Source of the DNA: Chloroflexota bacterium
Lineage (GTDB): Bacteria; Chloroflexota; Dehalococcoidia; Dehalococcoidales; JBDRCY01
Direction: 5' to 3'
Assembly: GCA_043821265.1 (NCBI GenBank)
Contig: JBDRCY010000025.1
Span: 1-55,213, forward strand
Length of the DNA: 55,213 bases
Below, in pieces: positions 28,224 to 37,015 of this stretch. The notes under the pieces were generated by a model. That model was given only the letters and a program-made list of their open reading frames with translations, was not told the DNA's origin and ran no database searches. The first letter of the stretch is position 1; every line of letters begins with the position of its first letter. Position numbers and translations under genes: made by a program.

Positions 28224-28541
28224 CGCTTTCACCCCCCTCTATAAATTATGGCGGAAGCCAATTATTTTAGTGCTTCTTCTCTATCGCTACCATATGGCAT
28301 CACGAAGCTATCATCCCTACAAGTCGCAACCGAATATCACAAGAAGCATTATACCACCAGGACAATATTCCCTCAAGAATACCACGCAAGCCATACCATA
28401 TTCTATAACGGCTAGATACTGGGGCAAACTTGTGCTATAATCCAGCAATCAGGGACTTTTACGACTATTACATCCGCTCGCCTGAGGGATGAGTATGACT
28501 TGGGCCATAGTTAGCAAACTATTAACTCTGGAGGTGTCTTA

Positions 28542-28787
28542 ATGAGGTTTCGTTCTACCGGACTGGGAAAGACCGAACTAGAGGCAACACCTAAAAGCCT
28601 GGAGGTGGCGGGCGGCCTGCTGATTCTCCACGTGCAAACCACCACTCCCGTGCGCTGGCACATCAGGGCGGGCATTCAGCGTAAGGACTTATTTAAACTC
28701 GTCAGGATGGTCTTTAGCCTGAGCCTGCTCAAATACCTCTTCAGTTCCCTCATCGGGGCCAGCTCCAAAGAGCCGGAAAATTTCTGA
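28542..28787 (+). CDS. small hypothetical protein (81 aa)
   Basis: GGAGG RBS, ORF MRFRSTGLGKTELE..., first gene of the co-directional run. Confidence 0.75.
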   Translation: MRFRSTGLGKTELEATPKSLEVAGGLLILHVQTTTPVRWHIRAGIQRKDLFKLVRMVFSLSLLKYLFSSLIGASSKEPENF

Positions 28788-28938
28788 ATATCACATGAGC
28801 GAAATCAAAAGGGCCAGGAAATTCTTATAATTCACATAAGTAGAATTTCAATGAGGCGAATAATCTAAAAATATCTCACGAGCAAACTCTAAGGGGCCGA
28901 AAAATCCTAAAATTTACATGAGCAAAATTTCAAGGAGG
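28765..28938. repeat. degenerate ~41 bp tandem repeat (about 4 units)
   Basis: Cores TCACATGAGC (28791), TCACATAAGT (28832), TCTCACGAGC (28874), TTACATGAGC (28913). Alternate units are more alike, giving an ~82 bp super-period. Confidence 0.7.
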
Positions 28939-28943
28939 TGATT

Positions 28944-29714
28944 ATGTCAGCGGTACTTAAGGACAAGGTAGCCATTATTACCGGAGCCAGCCAGGGAATC
29001 GGGCGGGATTTCGCCCGGCGCTTTGCCGAGGAAGGCGCCAGACTGGTAGTGGCGGCGCGCAGCCTCGACAAACTGGAGAAACTGGTCGCCGAGATAAAGG
29101 CTAACGGTGGCGAGGCCCTAGCAGTGAAAACCGATATCTCGGACGAGGCCAGCGTGAAAGCAATGGCCGATGCCGCCATAAAACAGTACGGCAGGGTGGA
29201 TATACTCTTAAATAATGCCGCCGTCTATTACGGACTCCCCTTTAAGCCATGGGACAGCTGGACGGTAGAGGAGTGGGACCGCCTGTTCGAGGTGAACGTG
29301 AGGGGGACCTGGCTCGTCTGTAAGACGGTAGCTCCCCATATCATAAAGCAGGGGAAGGGTAAAATCATTAACACCTGCTCCAATATCATGATGCCCATTC
29401 CCGTCGCCGGTGACCACCTGCTGCACTACACCGTCAGCAAGGGGGCAATATACACGCTGACCCAGTGCCTGGCGCGAGCGCTCGGTGAAAACAACATCAA
29501 TGTAAACGCCATCGCCCCCGGGGCCACCGCCTCCGAGGCCACCAACGAGATGCTCAATGACGAGGCCTGGGCCGGCAGCGTCGCCGCCCAGTGCATTCCC
29601 CGCCGCGCCCAGACACAGGATATTGTCGGGATAGCTGTGTTTCTGGCCTCCGACGGCTCGGATATGATAAGCGGCCAGGTCATCGCGGTCGACGGCGGCG
29701 TCTGGCTGAAATAA
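28944..29714 (+). CDS. short-chain dehydrogenase/reductase (SDR)
   Basis: TGASQGIG, NNAA, YTVSK, VNAIAPG. Confidence 0.95.
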   Translation: MSAVLKDKVAIITGASQGIGRDFARRFAEEGARLVVAARSLDKLEKLVAEIKANGGEALAVKTDISDEASVKAMADAAIKQYGRVDILLNNAAVYYGLPFKPWDSWTVEEWDRLFEVNVRGTWLVCKTVAPHIIKQGKGKIINTCSNIMMPIPVAGDHLLHYTVSKGAIYTLTQCLARALGENNINVNAIAPGATASEATNEMLNDEAWAGSVAAQCIPRRAQTQDIVGIAVFLASDGSDMISGQVIAVDGGVWLK

Positions 29715-29735
29715 GTAACCACCAAGGAGTGCAGA

Positions 29736-31586
29736 ATGAGCCAATATAAAGCCAAGCTCTTACGGATTAATCTGTCCAACGCTACCTGCCGGCGGGAGGA
29801 TATACCCCAAGAGGCCATTGCCAATTTTATCGGCGGCCGGGGACTGGGGGCCTGGTATCTCTATAACGAGGTGAAGCCGGGAACCGACCCCCTGGGGCCG
29901 GATAATAAGCTGTTCTTCAGCATCGGGCCGCTGGCCGCTACCGGCACGCCCAACACCACACGCTGGGTAGTAAACTCCAAAAGCCCCCTCGGTGGGAGCT
30001 ACCGCCACGGGGTGGGCGGCGGCGATTTCGGCGCCGCCCTGAATTTCGCCGGGCTGGACATGATTATAGTGGAGGGAAGAGCAGCGAACCCAGTCTATAT
30101 CTACATTGAGGACGGCCAATGCGAGATAAAGGATGCCCGCCAGTTATGGGGGAAGAACAGCGTAGAGACCCTCGACGAACTGAAGGCAATCCACGGTAAA
30201 AAGACCGATGCCGCCTGCATCGGCCCGGCATCCGAGAAGATGACCCTCTTCGGCAATATCATGACGGCACGGGCCCACTGTGTCGGTCGCGGCGGACTGG
30301 GCACGGTCATGGGCTCCAAGAACCTGAAGGCGGTAGCCGTTAAGCCCTCCGGCAGGGCCAGCGCCCCGAACCAGGAACTAAAGGCGCTCATCGCCCAGGG
30401 ACTCGAGGCCTATGACAATAGCCCCGTAATACCCGTATTCAAGATACACGGTACCCTGTACGGCCTGGAGGGAATGAGCGATAAGGGGTCATACCCCACG
30501 CGCAACTATCAACAGGGTAGCCTCGGTGGCATCAAGAAGGTAAACGCCGAAAAGTTCTTGGAAATCAAGGTAAAGAGCGAACGCTGCTACGGCTGCCCCG
30601 TCCACTGCGGGCGCCAGATGCGCCTAACTAGCGGGCCTTACGCCGGCACCACCACCGACGGCTTTGAACACGAGACCAGCTGGGCGTTCACCGGTACCAT
30701 AGATAGCGACGATATCGCCACCCCCATCGTGGCCGATAAGTTCTGCGACGAGATGGGTCTGGACACTATCAGCGCCGGCAATACCATTGGCTTTGCCTTC
30801 GAGCTATTCGAGAAGGGCATCATCACCGAAAAGGATACCGACGGCCTTAAGTTGACCTGGGGCAACCACGAAGCGGCACTCAAGCTACTGAAGAAGATAG
30901 CCAACCGCGAGGGCCTGGGCGATATCCTCTCCCAGGGTGTCAAGCACGCCGCGGAGCACTTCGGCCAGGGCTCGGCCGACTTTGCCATACAGGTCAAGGG
31001 CACCGAGTGGCCGGCCTACGACCCTCGGGCGGCCAAGTGGCACGGTCTGGCCATCGCCACCTGCGCCTGCGCCGCCAACCACAACCCCGGCTATAATATC
31101 CAGGAAGTGCTGGATGTCCCCTTCCCGCGCGTGGTCGACCGCTTCGCCGAGAGCGGAACCGCCGACATCAACAAGGGCAACGAGGACTGGATCGCCGTGG
31201 TCGATTCCCTGGTCAGTTGCTCATTTATGGGCAATATGGGGCTGCCGCCGCTGCCAGTCCTGGGACAGTGGCTGGCCCTGGTTACCGGCATCCCCCAGTT
31301 CGCCAACGTGGAGACCCTCCTCCAGGCAGGCGAGCGCATCGTCAACCTGGAGCGCGCCTTCAATATCCGGGAGGGCTTCGGCCGCCAGGACGATTACCCA
31401 CCCAAGAGGTTCCTCACCGAGCCGCTCAAAAATGGCGGCACGGCCGAGGGCTCCGTTATTTCAAATTATGACGGCATGCTCGATGAGTACTACGCGGTCA
31501 GGGGCTGGCAAAAGGACGGCATACCCACCGCCGATAAGCTCAAGGCGCTGGGACTGGAGAAGGTAGCCAGCGACATCATCAAGTAG
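29736..31586 (+). CDS. aor: tungsten aldehyde:ferredoxin oxidoreductase family protein
   Basis: GGRGLG, KSPL, GRGGLGTVMGSKNLKA, CYGCPVHC, DEMGLD, ERAFN. Confidence 0.92.
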   Translation: MSQYKAKLLRINLSNATCRREDIPQEAIANFIGGRGLGAWYLYNEVKPGTDPLGPDNKLFFSIGPLAATGTPNTTRWVVNSKSPLGGSYRHGVGGGDFGAALNFAGLDMIIVEGRAANPVYIYIEDGQCEIKDARQLWGKNSVETLDELKAIHGKKTDAACIGPASEKMTLFGNIMTARAHCVGRGGLGTVMGSKNLKAVAVKPSGRASAPNQELKALIAQGLEAYDNSPVIPVFKIHGTLYGLEGMSDKGSYPTRNYQQGSLGGIKKVNAEKFLEIKVKSERCYGCPVHCGRQMRLTSGPYAGTTTDGFEHETSWAFTGTIDSDDIATPIVADKFCDEMGLDTISAGNTIGFAFELFEKGIITEKDTDGLKLTWGNHEAALKLLKKIANREGLGDILSQGVKHAAEHFGQGSADFAIQVKGTEWPAYDPRAAKWHGLAIATCACAANHNPGYNIQEVLDVPFPRVVDRFAESGTADINKGNEDWIAVVDSLVSCSFMGNMGLPPLPVLGQWLALVTGIPQFANVETLLQAGERIVNLERAFNIREGFGRQDDYPPKRFLTEPLKNGGTAEGSVISNYDGMLDEYYAVRGWQKDGIPTADKLKALGLEKVASDIIK

Positions 31587-31605
31587 GCCGGAAGGAGAAG
31601 GACAA

Positions 31606-33243
31606 ATGGCTGATGCAAGCTACGACGTGGTCATAGTGGGCGGGGGGAATAAGACCTTAATTACCGCCATGTACCTCACCAAGTATGCCGGGCTGAGCGT
31701 GGGTGTCTTCGAGGAGAAGCACGAACTGGGCACCGGCTGGTGCTCCGAGGAAAGCCCGGCCCCGGGATTCATCGCCAACCACTGCTCCAGCGCCCACACC
31801 ACCGAATACAACACCCTGGTCAATGAGGACTTTCCCGAGTGGATAGAATACGGCGCCAAGCAGATTGACCACACCCTGACCCTGTGCACCCTCTTCGAGG
31901 AGGACGATACCTGCTGTGCCGTCTATCAGGGGAACGTGGACCCCACCCAGGAGAAGACCGCCGAGGTATTCGCCCGGTTCTCCCAGCGGGATGCCGAAAA
32001 ATGGCTGTGGCTGTGGGACAAGATGCAGAAGTACTGGCGCCCCGCGGTGAGGGAATGGGTCTGGAACCCGGCCCAGCCCTGGGGACAGATGGACGGCATG
32101 GACAAGCTGCTATTCGACCCCGAAAGCGGCGTGAACCCGCACTGGACGGTGATGACCTACCCGGCGGTAATCGCCGAGCTGTTCGAATCGATAGAGGTGC
32201 GAATGACCTTCGCCCGGGTATTCCAGTCCATGGGCGTGCCGCCCGACTCCTACGGAGGCGGCTTCACCTTCGTGCCCCTGCTGGTATCCGGTACCTATCA
32301 GTGCACCTATGCCGGCGGCGTTCACACCGAGGCCCACGCAGCCCAGAGGGTCATCTTCGAGAACGGGGGTAAGACCTTCGCCCAGCACAGGGTGGATAAA
32401 ATACTCATCGAAAACGGTAAGGCCAGGGGCATACGCCTGGCCGACGGCACCGAGGTGGAGGCTAAACTGGCGGTGCTCTCGGGCGTTGACCCCACCCAGC
32501 TCTGCCTGGAGCTGATAGGCGAAGACTACCTGAGCCAGGACATCGTGGGCAAGATAAAGCGGCTGGAAAGGGACTGGACGACCATCACCTGGTATACCTG
32601 GGCCCTCAAGGAGCGGCCCAAGTACAAGGCCGAGAACTTCCTGCCCGATGCCTACCAGTGCGCCGTCCTCTTCCTGGGCGATAAGTCCATGGAAAATATC
32701 TGGGACGAGTCCAACCGGAGGCGCATGGGACTCTGGCCCGACCCCGATAAACTATGCACCCTGGTTGTCGACCACTCCTACCTTACCGAATGCGGCTATG
32801 CCCCCGAGGCCAAGTCCGCCCCCCTGACCGAGGTCTTTGTCGTCCCCGGCCACCTGCACGACGAGCAGTGGTGGAAACAGAAAGAGAAGGAGCACGCCCG
32901 GGAGGTGATGTCGTGGTGGGGGAAATACGCCACCAACATGGACTGGGACAACGTCATCGGCTATGTACCCATCACCCCCTACTTCATCTCCAAACATGCC
33001 CGCACCTGGGGGCCGGCCGGGAACTGGGCCTGTATCGATAATACCCCGCCCCAGATAGGCCGGTGGCGGCCGATACCCGAGCTGGCCGACCACAGGATGC
33101 CGATCGAGAAGCTCTATGCCACCGGCACGGCCTGGCACCCGGCGGCCAATGGCTGGGCCTGGCAGGGGTACAATGCCTATAAAGTAATGGCCGAAGACTT
33201 AGGGCTACCCAAGCCGTGGGAGGAAAAGGGACGACCCTATTAG
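31606..33243 (+). CDS. phytoene dehydrogenase-like (COG1233) FAD oxidoreductase, subunit 1
   Basis: YDVVIVGGGNKT (degenerate GxGxxG), E...LGTG, RMPIEKLYATGTAWHP. Confidence 0.82.
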   Translation: MADASYDVVIVGGGNKTLITAMYLTKYAGLSVGVFEEKHELGTGWCSEESPAPGFIANHCSSAHTTEYNTLVNEDFPEWIEYGAKQIDHTLTLCTLFEEDDTCCAVYQGNVDPTQEKTAEVFARFSQRDAEKWLWLWDKMQKYWRPAVREWVWNPAQPWGQMDGMDKLLFDPESGVNPHWTVMTYPAVIAELFESIEVRMTFARVFQSMGVPPDSYGGGFTFVPLLVSGTYQCTYAGGVHTEAHAAQRVIFENGGKTFAQHRVDKILIENGKARGIRLADGTEVEAKLAVLSGVDPTQLCLELIGEDYLSQDIVGKIKRLERDWTTITWYTWALKERPKYKAENFLPDAYQCAVLFLGDKSMENIWDESNRRRMGLWPDPDKLCTLVVDHSYLTECGYAPEAKSAPLTEVFVVPGHLHDEQWWKQKEKEHAREVMSWWGKYATNMDWDNVIGYVPITPYFISKHARTWGPAGNWACIDNTPPQIGRWRPIPELADHRMPIEKLYATGTAWHPAANGWAWQGYNAYKVMAEDLGLPKPWEEKGRPY

Positions 33244-33264
33244 TTTCATAAAAAAGGAGAAGCC

Positions 33265-34893
33265 ATGAACCAGTATGACGTTATCATTATCGGCGGCGGT
33301 CCCAACGGGCTGGTAGCCGGCGCCTACCTGGCCAAGGCCGGGCAGAAGGTGCTGGTGCTGGAGCGCCGCTACGAAATGGGCGGCGGGCTGGCTACCGAGG
33401 AGGTAGTCGGCACCCCCCATTTCTATATCAACACCCACGCCATATACATGATGATGGTCGATTACGCTCCCCCCTATAACGACCTCGAACTGGAGACTAA
33501 ATACGGCCTCAAACACATCTATCCACCGCTGCAGTTCGCCATGCCCCTGGCCGACGGGAGATGCCTGTGCCTCTATAGCGATGTGGACAAGAGCTGCGAA
33601 TCCATAGCCCGGTTCTCCACCCGTGACAGCGATAGCTACCGGGAGATATACCACCGTTATCAGCGATATGTGGACGAGTTCGTCGGCCCGGCCACCTATG
33701 TGCAGGCAGTGCCCACCATCGAGCAGGCAGCCAACCTGGAACAGACCGAGCTGGGCCGGGAGATGAGCGAGCTGGCCGAGAAGACCCCCAAAGACCTGGT
33801 TTTCGAACTATTCGAGAACGAGTATGTCCGGTCGCTGATACTCCAGGTCGCCTGCCAGTGGGGGCTGGACCCGGAACAGTCCGGGCTGGGGTATCTTATT
33901 CCACTCTATATTAACCGGGCCACCAACTACCGTATGTGCGCCGGCGGCTCCCACATGCTGGCGCAGGCGCTCATCAAGGTAATCCTGGAGAACGGGGGCA
34001 GCCTGCGGACAGCGGTGCGGCCAAAGCGTATTATCGTCAGTGACGGCCGGGCCACCGGCGTAGAGCTGGATGATGGGCGGGTCTATGAGGCCGCCAAGGC
34101 TGTGGTCAGCACCATCGATACCCATCAGACCTTCCTCAAACTGGTGGGGGCAGAGAACCTAGACGAGGAGTTCGTGGAAGGGATAAAGCTGTGGCAATGG
34201 GAGCACTGGAGTTTGCTGGGCGTGCACCTGGCCCTGGATGAGGCACCGGAGTTTGCCGCCGCCAGGGACAACCCGGAGATTAACGACGCCTTTATGTACC
34301 TGCTGGGGCTGGAACACCCGGAGGAATTCATCGCGCACTATGAGGCCATAGGCCGGGGGGAGCTACCCGAGAAAAGGGGTATTACCCTGTCCATCCCCAG
34401 CCGGCATGACCCCAGCCCGGCCCCCCCCAGAAAACACACCGGACATACCACCCAGATGGCCCCCTACAACCTGAAGGAGGGGAGCGATAAGTGGTACTCG
34501 TACGAGTTCCGACAGGAGCAACTGCAGCGGACGCTGGCTACTATCCAGCAATATGCCCCCAATATCACCGAAGATAAGGTGCGCAACCACTACATCTCCA
34601 CGCCGGCCGATATCGAGAATAAGTATGCCGATATGGTGCAGGGCTCGTTCAAGCAGGGGCAATACCACCCCCTGCAGATGGGCTTCATGAGACCGAACGA
34701 GTATTGCTCCCAGCACCGTTCTCCCATCGAACACCTGTTCATGGGCGGTGCCTGCACCTATCCCGGCGGCTGCGTCCTCTTGGGCTCGGGCTACCTCGCC
34801 GCCGAGGCGGTGTGCGAGGACCTGGGCATCGAGAAGTGGTGGACGGAGCCGGAGATAGTCACCCGCGCCCGCGAGAAGGGGTTAATAGCGTAG
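33265..34893 (+). CDS. phytoene dehydrogenase-like (COG1233) FAD oxidoreductase, subunit 2
   Basis: YDVIIIGGGPNGL, ERRYEMGGG, GGSHML, RSPIEHLFMGGACTYPGG. Confidence 0.88.
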   Translation: MNQYDVIIIGGGPNGLVAGAYLAKAGQKVLVLERRYEMGGGLATEEVVGTPHFYINTHAIYMMMVDYAPPYNDLELETKYGLKHIYPPLQFAMPLADGRCLCLYSDVDKSCESIARFSTRDSDSYREIYHRYQRYVDEFVGPATYVQAVPTIEQAANLEQTELGREMSELAEKTPKDLVFELFENEYVRSLILQVACQWGLDPEQSGLGYLIPLYINRATNYRMCAGGSHMLAQALIKVILENGGSLRTAVRPKRIIVSDGRATGVELDDGRVYEAAKAVVSTIDTHQTFLKLVGAENLDEEFVEGIKLWQWEHWSLLGVHLALDEAPEFAAARDNPEINDAFMYLLGLEHPEEFIAHYEAIGRGELPEKRGITLSIPSRHDPSPAPPRKHTGHTTQMAPYNLKEGSDKWYSYEFRQEQLQRTLATIQQYAPNITEDKVRNHYISTPADIENKYADMVQGSFKQGQYHPLQMGFMRPNEYCSQHRSPIEHLFMGGACTYPGGCVLLGSGYLAAEAVCEDLGIEKWWTEPEIVTRAREKGLIA

Positions 34894-35033
34894 TTGGGAG
34901 GTGGAAGAAATGGCAATATTAACTATGTCGCCCTTTGCCTCACCCCCGCTTGATAAGCTTCCGCTATCCACCCTGGATAGCCTACGAGCACCTGGTGGCG
35001 GGGGGTGGTCCCGATGACCTCGAGACGGCCAGG

Positions 35034-36965
35034 ATGAAATTATTCGAGCCGGGCCAGATAGGCAACCTCACCCTGAAGAACCGCATAGTTATGGCGGCCA
35101 TGCACCCCACGGGGCTGATAACCGAGGAGGGGATACTTTCGCCGCGCGGTATAGAGTATCATGCCCTCCGGGCCAAGGGTGGGGTAGGCATGATAACCAG
35201 CGGCTCCTTCCTAGTGCACCGCGAGTTCCAGGAGGCCCCCTCCGCTATCATCTTCGATAGCGATAAACACATGCCCTGGCTCAAGCAACTGGCAGAGGCA
35301 GTGCACGGCTACGGGGCCAAGCTGGCCATAGCCCTTTCCCCCGGCCAGGGGCGCTGTGTACCCCTGGTCCTGGCCCAGAAATGCGGTGCCGCCGGGCCAT
35401 CCCCGCTACCCCTGGTCTGGGACCCCAACGTCCTGACCCGCGAGTTGAGCGTAGCGGAGATTAAGCGATGCGTAGATGCCTTCGAATACAGCGCCCGCCT
35501 GCTCAAAGACGCCGGGGTGGACGCTATCGAGATAAACTGCCATTGCGGCTATATCCTCGACGAGTTTATGACTACCCTCTGGAATAAGCGAACCGACCAG
35601 TACGGTGGCAGCCTCAAGAACCGCCTCCGCTTCGTTATCGAGGTAATTGAGGCGATAAAGAGGGGGGCCGGCCAGGACTACCCCATAATCTTCAAATACG
35701 GCCTTACCCACTACCTGGATGGTGGACGAACGGTCGAGGAGGGGCTGGAGATAGCCCAGCAACTGGAAGCGGCAGGTGTAGCTGCCTTCGATATCGATGC
35801 CGGCTGCTACGAGACCCCCTACTGGTACATCCCGCCGGTCACCCAACCGCAGTGCTGCAATGTAGTGCTGGCCCAGCGGCTAAAGCAGGTGGTCAGTGTG
35901 CCGGTTATCAGCGAGGGCAAGCTGGGACGCCCGGACCTGGCCGGGAAGGTAATAGCGGAAGGCAAGGCCGACTTCGTTGCCCTGGGGAGACCACTGCTGG
36001 CCGACCCGGAATGGGCCAACAAGGTAGAGGCGGGGCAACTGGAAGACGTCCGCCCCTGCATTGGCGACATGGAGGGCTGCCTGGGCATGACCAGGCAGCG
36101 CAAACCCATCAGCTGCACCGTGAACCCGGCAGCGGGTAACGAGCAGGAGCTCGCCCTGAAGCCGGCAGAGCGGCCCAAGACGGTGCTGGTGGTCGGGGGC
36201 GGACCGGGGGGAATGGAGGCCGCCATAGTAGCGGCACAGCGGGGCCACCAGGTCACCCTGTGGGAGAAAACCGATAGCCTGGGAGGCAACCTGGTAACCG
36301 CCTCACTACCCGATTTCAAGGCCGATTTCCGGCTACTGATGGAGTATCTGCCCAGGCAACTGGAAAAGCTGGGAGTAGACATCGAACTCGATAAGGAGGC
36401 TAGCCCCGAGCTGATTCTTGAGATGAACCCCGAAGCCGTCTTCATCGCCACCGGCAGCAGCGGGCCCATCATCCCCGAAATCCCCGGTGTGAAGAAGAAG
36501 CACGTGGTCACGGCCATTGACCTGATTCTGGGCAGGAAAGAGGCGGGGAAATCGGTAGCGGTCATCGGCGGCGGCCTCATCGGCACCGAGGTGGCGCTGC
36601 ACCTGGCACAAAAGGGTAAAAGGGTAACCGTCATAGAGATACTGGACAGCATCATAGGCGACATGGTCAGTATCAGCCGGGCCCACTTCCTGAAACTCCT
36701 GGCCGATAACAAGGTGAGGGTGCTGACCGGGACCACCGTCCGGGAGATAACCGACGACGGCGTCATCGTGGCCGGTAAGAGCGGCAAAGAGCGCCCCCTG
36801 AAGGCCGATACCGTGGTGCTGGCTATAGGTCTAAGGTCTGATAGTAAGCTCGCGGAGGCATTAAAGGACAAAGGGCCCGAAATCTACGCTATCGGCGACG
36901 TGGTGGAGCCGCGCAAGATAATTAACGCCATGTGGGAGGCCTACGGACTGGCCCGCCTGATTTAG
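35034..36965 (+). CDS. NADH:flavin oxidoreductase (OYE-like FMN domain plus Fe-S plus FAD/NAD domain; enoate/BaiCD/DCR-like)
   Basis: LKNRIVMAAM, NKRTDQYGGSLKNR, GRPLLADP, CIGDMEGC...CTVNP, VGGGPGG, IGGGLIG. Confidence 0.92.
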   Translation: MKLFEPGQIGNLTLKNRIVMAAMHPTGLITEEGILSPRGIEYHALRAKGGVGMITSGSFLVHREFQEAPSAIIFDSDKHMPWLKQLAEAVHGYGAKLAIALSPGQGRCVPLVLAQKCGAAGPSPLPLVWDPNVLTRELSVAEIKRCVDAFEYSARLLKDAGVDAIEINCHCGYILDEFMTTLWNKRTDQYGGSLKNRLRFVIEVIEAIKRGAGQDYPIIFKYGLTHYLDGGRTVEEGLEIAQQLEAAGVAAFDIDAGCYETPYWYIPPVTQPQCCNVVLAQRLKQVVSVPVISEGKLGRPDLAGKVIAEGKADFVALGRPLLADPEWANKVEAGQLEDVRPCIGDMEGCLGMTRQRKPISCTVNPAAGNEQELALKPAERPKTVLVVGGGPGGMEAAIVAAQRGHQVTLWEKTDSLGGNLVTASLPDFKADFRLLMEYLPRQLEKLGVDIELDKEASPELILEMNPEAVFIATGSSGPIIPEIPGVKKKHVVTAIDLILGRKEAGKSVAVIGGGLIGTEVALHLAQKGKRVTVIEILDSIIGDMVSISRAHFLKLLADNKVRVLTGTTVREITDDGVIVAGKSGKERPLKADTVVLAIGLRSDSKLAEALKDKGPEIYAIGDVVEPRKIINAMWEAYGLARLI

Positions 36966-37015
36966 GAATTACCCTTCAAGCTAAGGTGCCACCGCCGGTA
37001 ATAATAGCCCGCGTA

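Noticed and set aside
28765-28938. Possible CRISPR array
   Set aside because: Units are degenerate along their whole length, there is no repeat/unique-spacer structure, and no cas genes are present.
31606-34893. Carotenoid biosynthesis (crtI/crtO)
   Set aside because: No crtB/crtE/crtY nearby, and the context is anaerobic catabolism.
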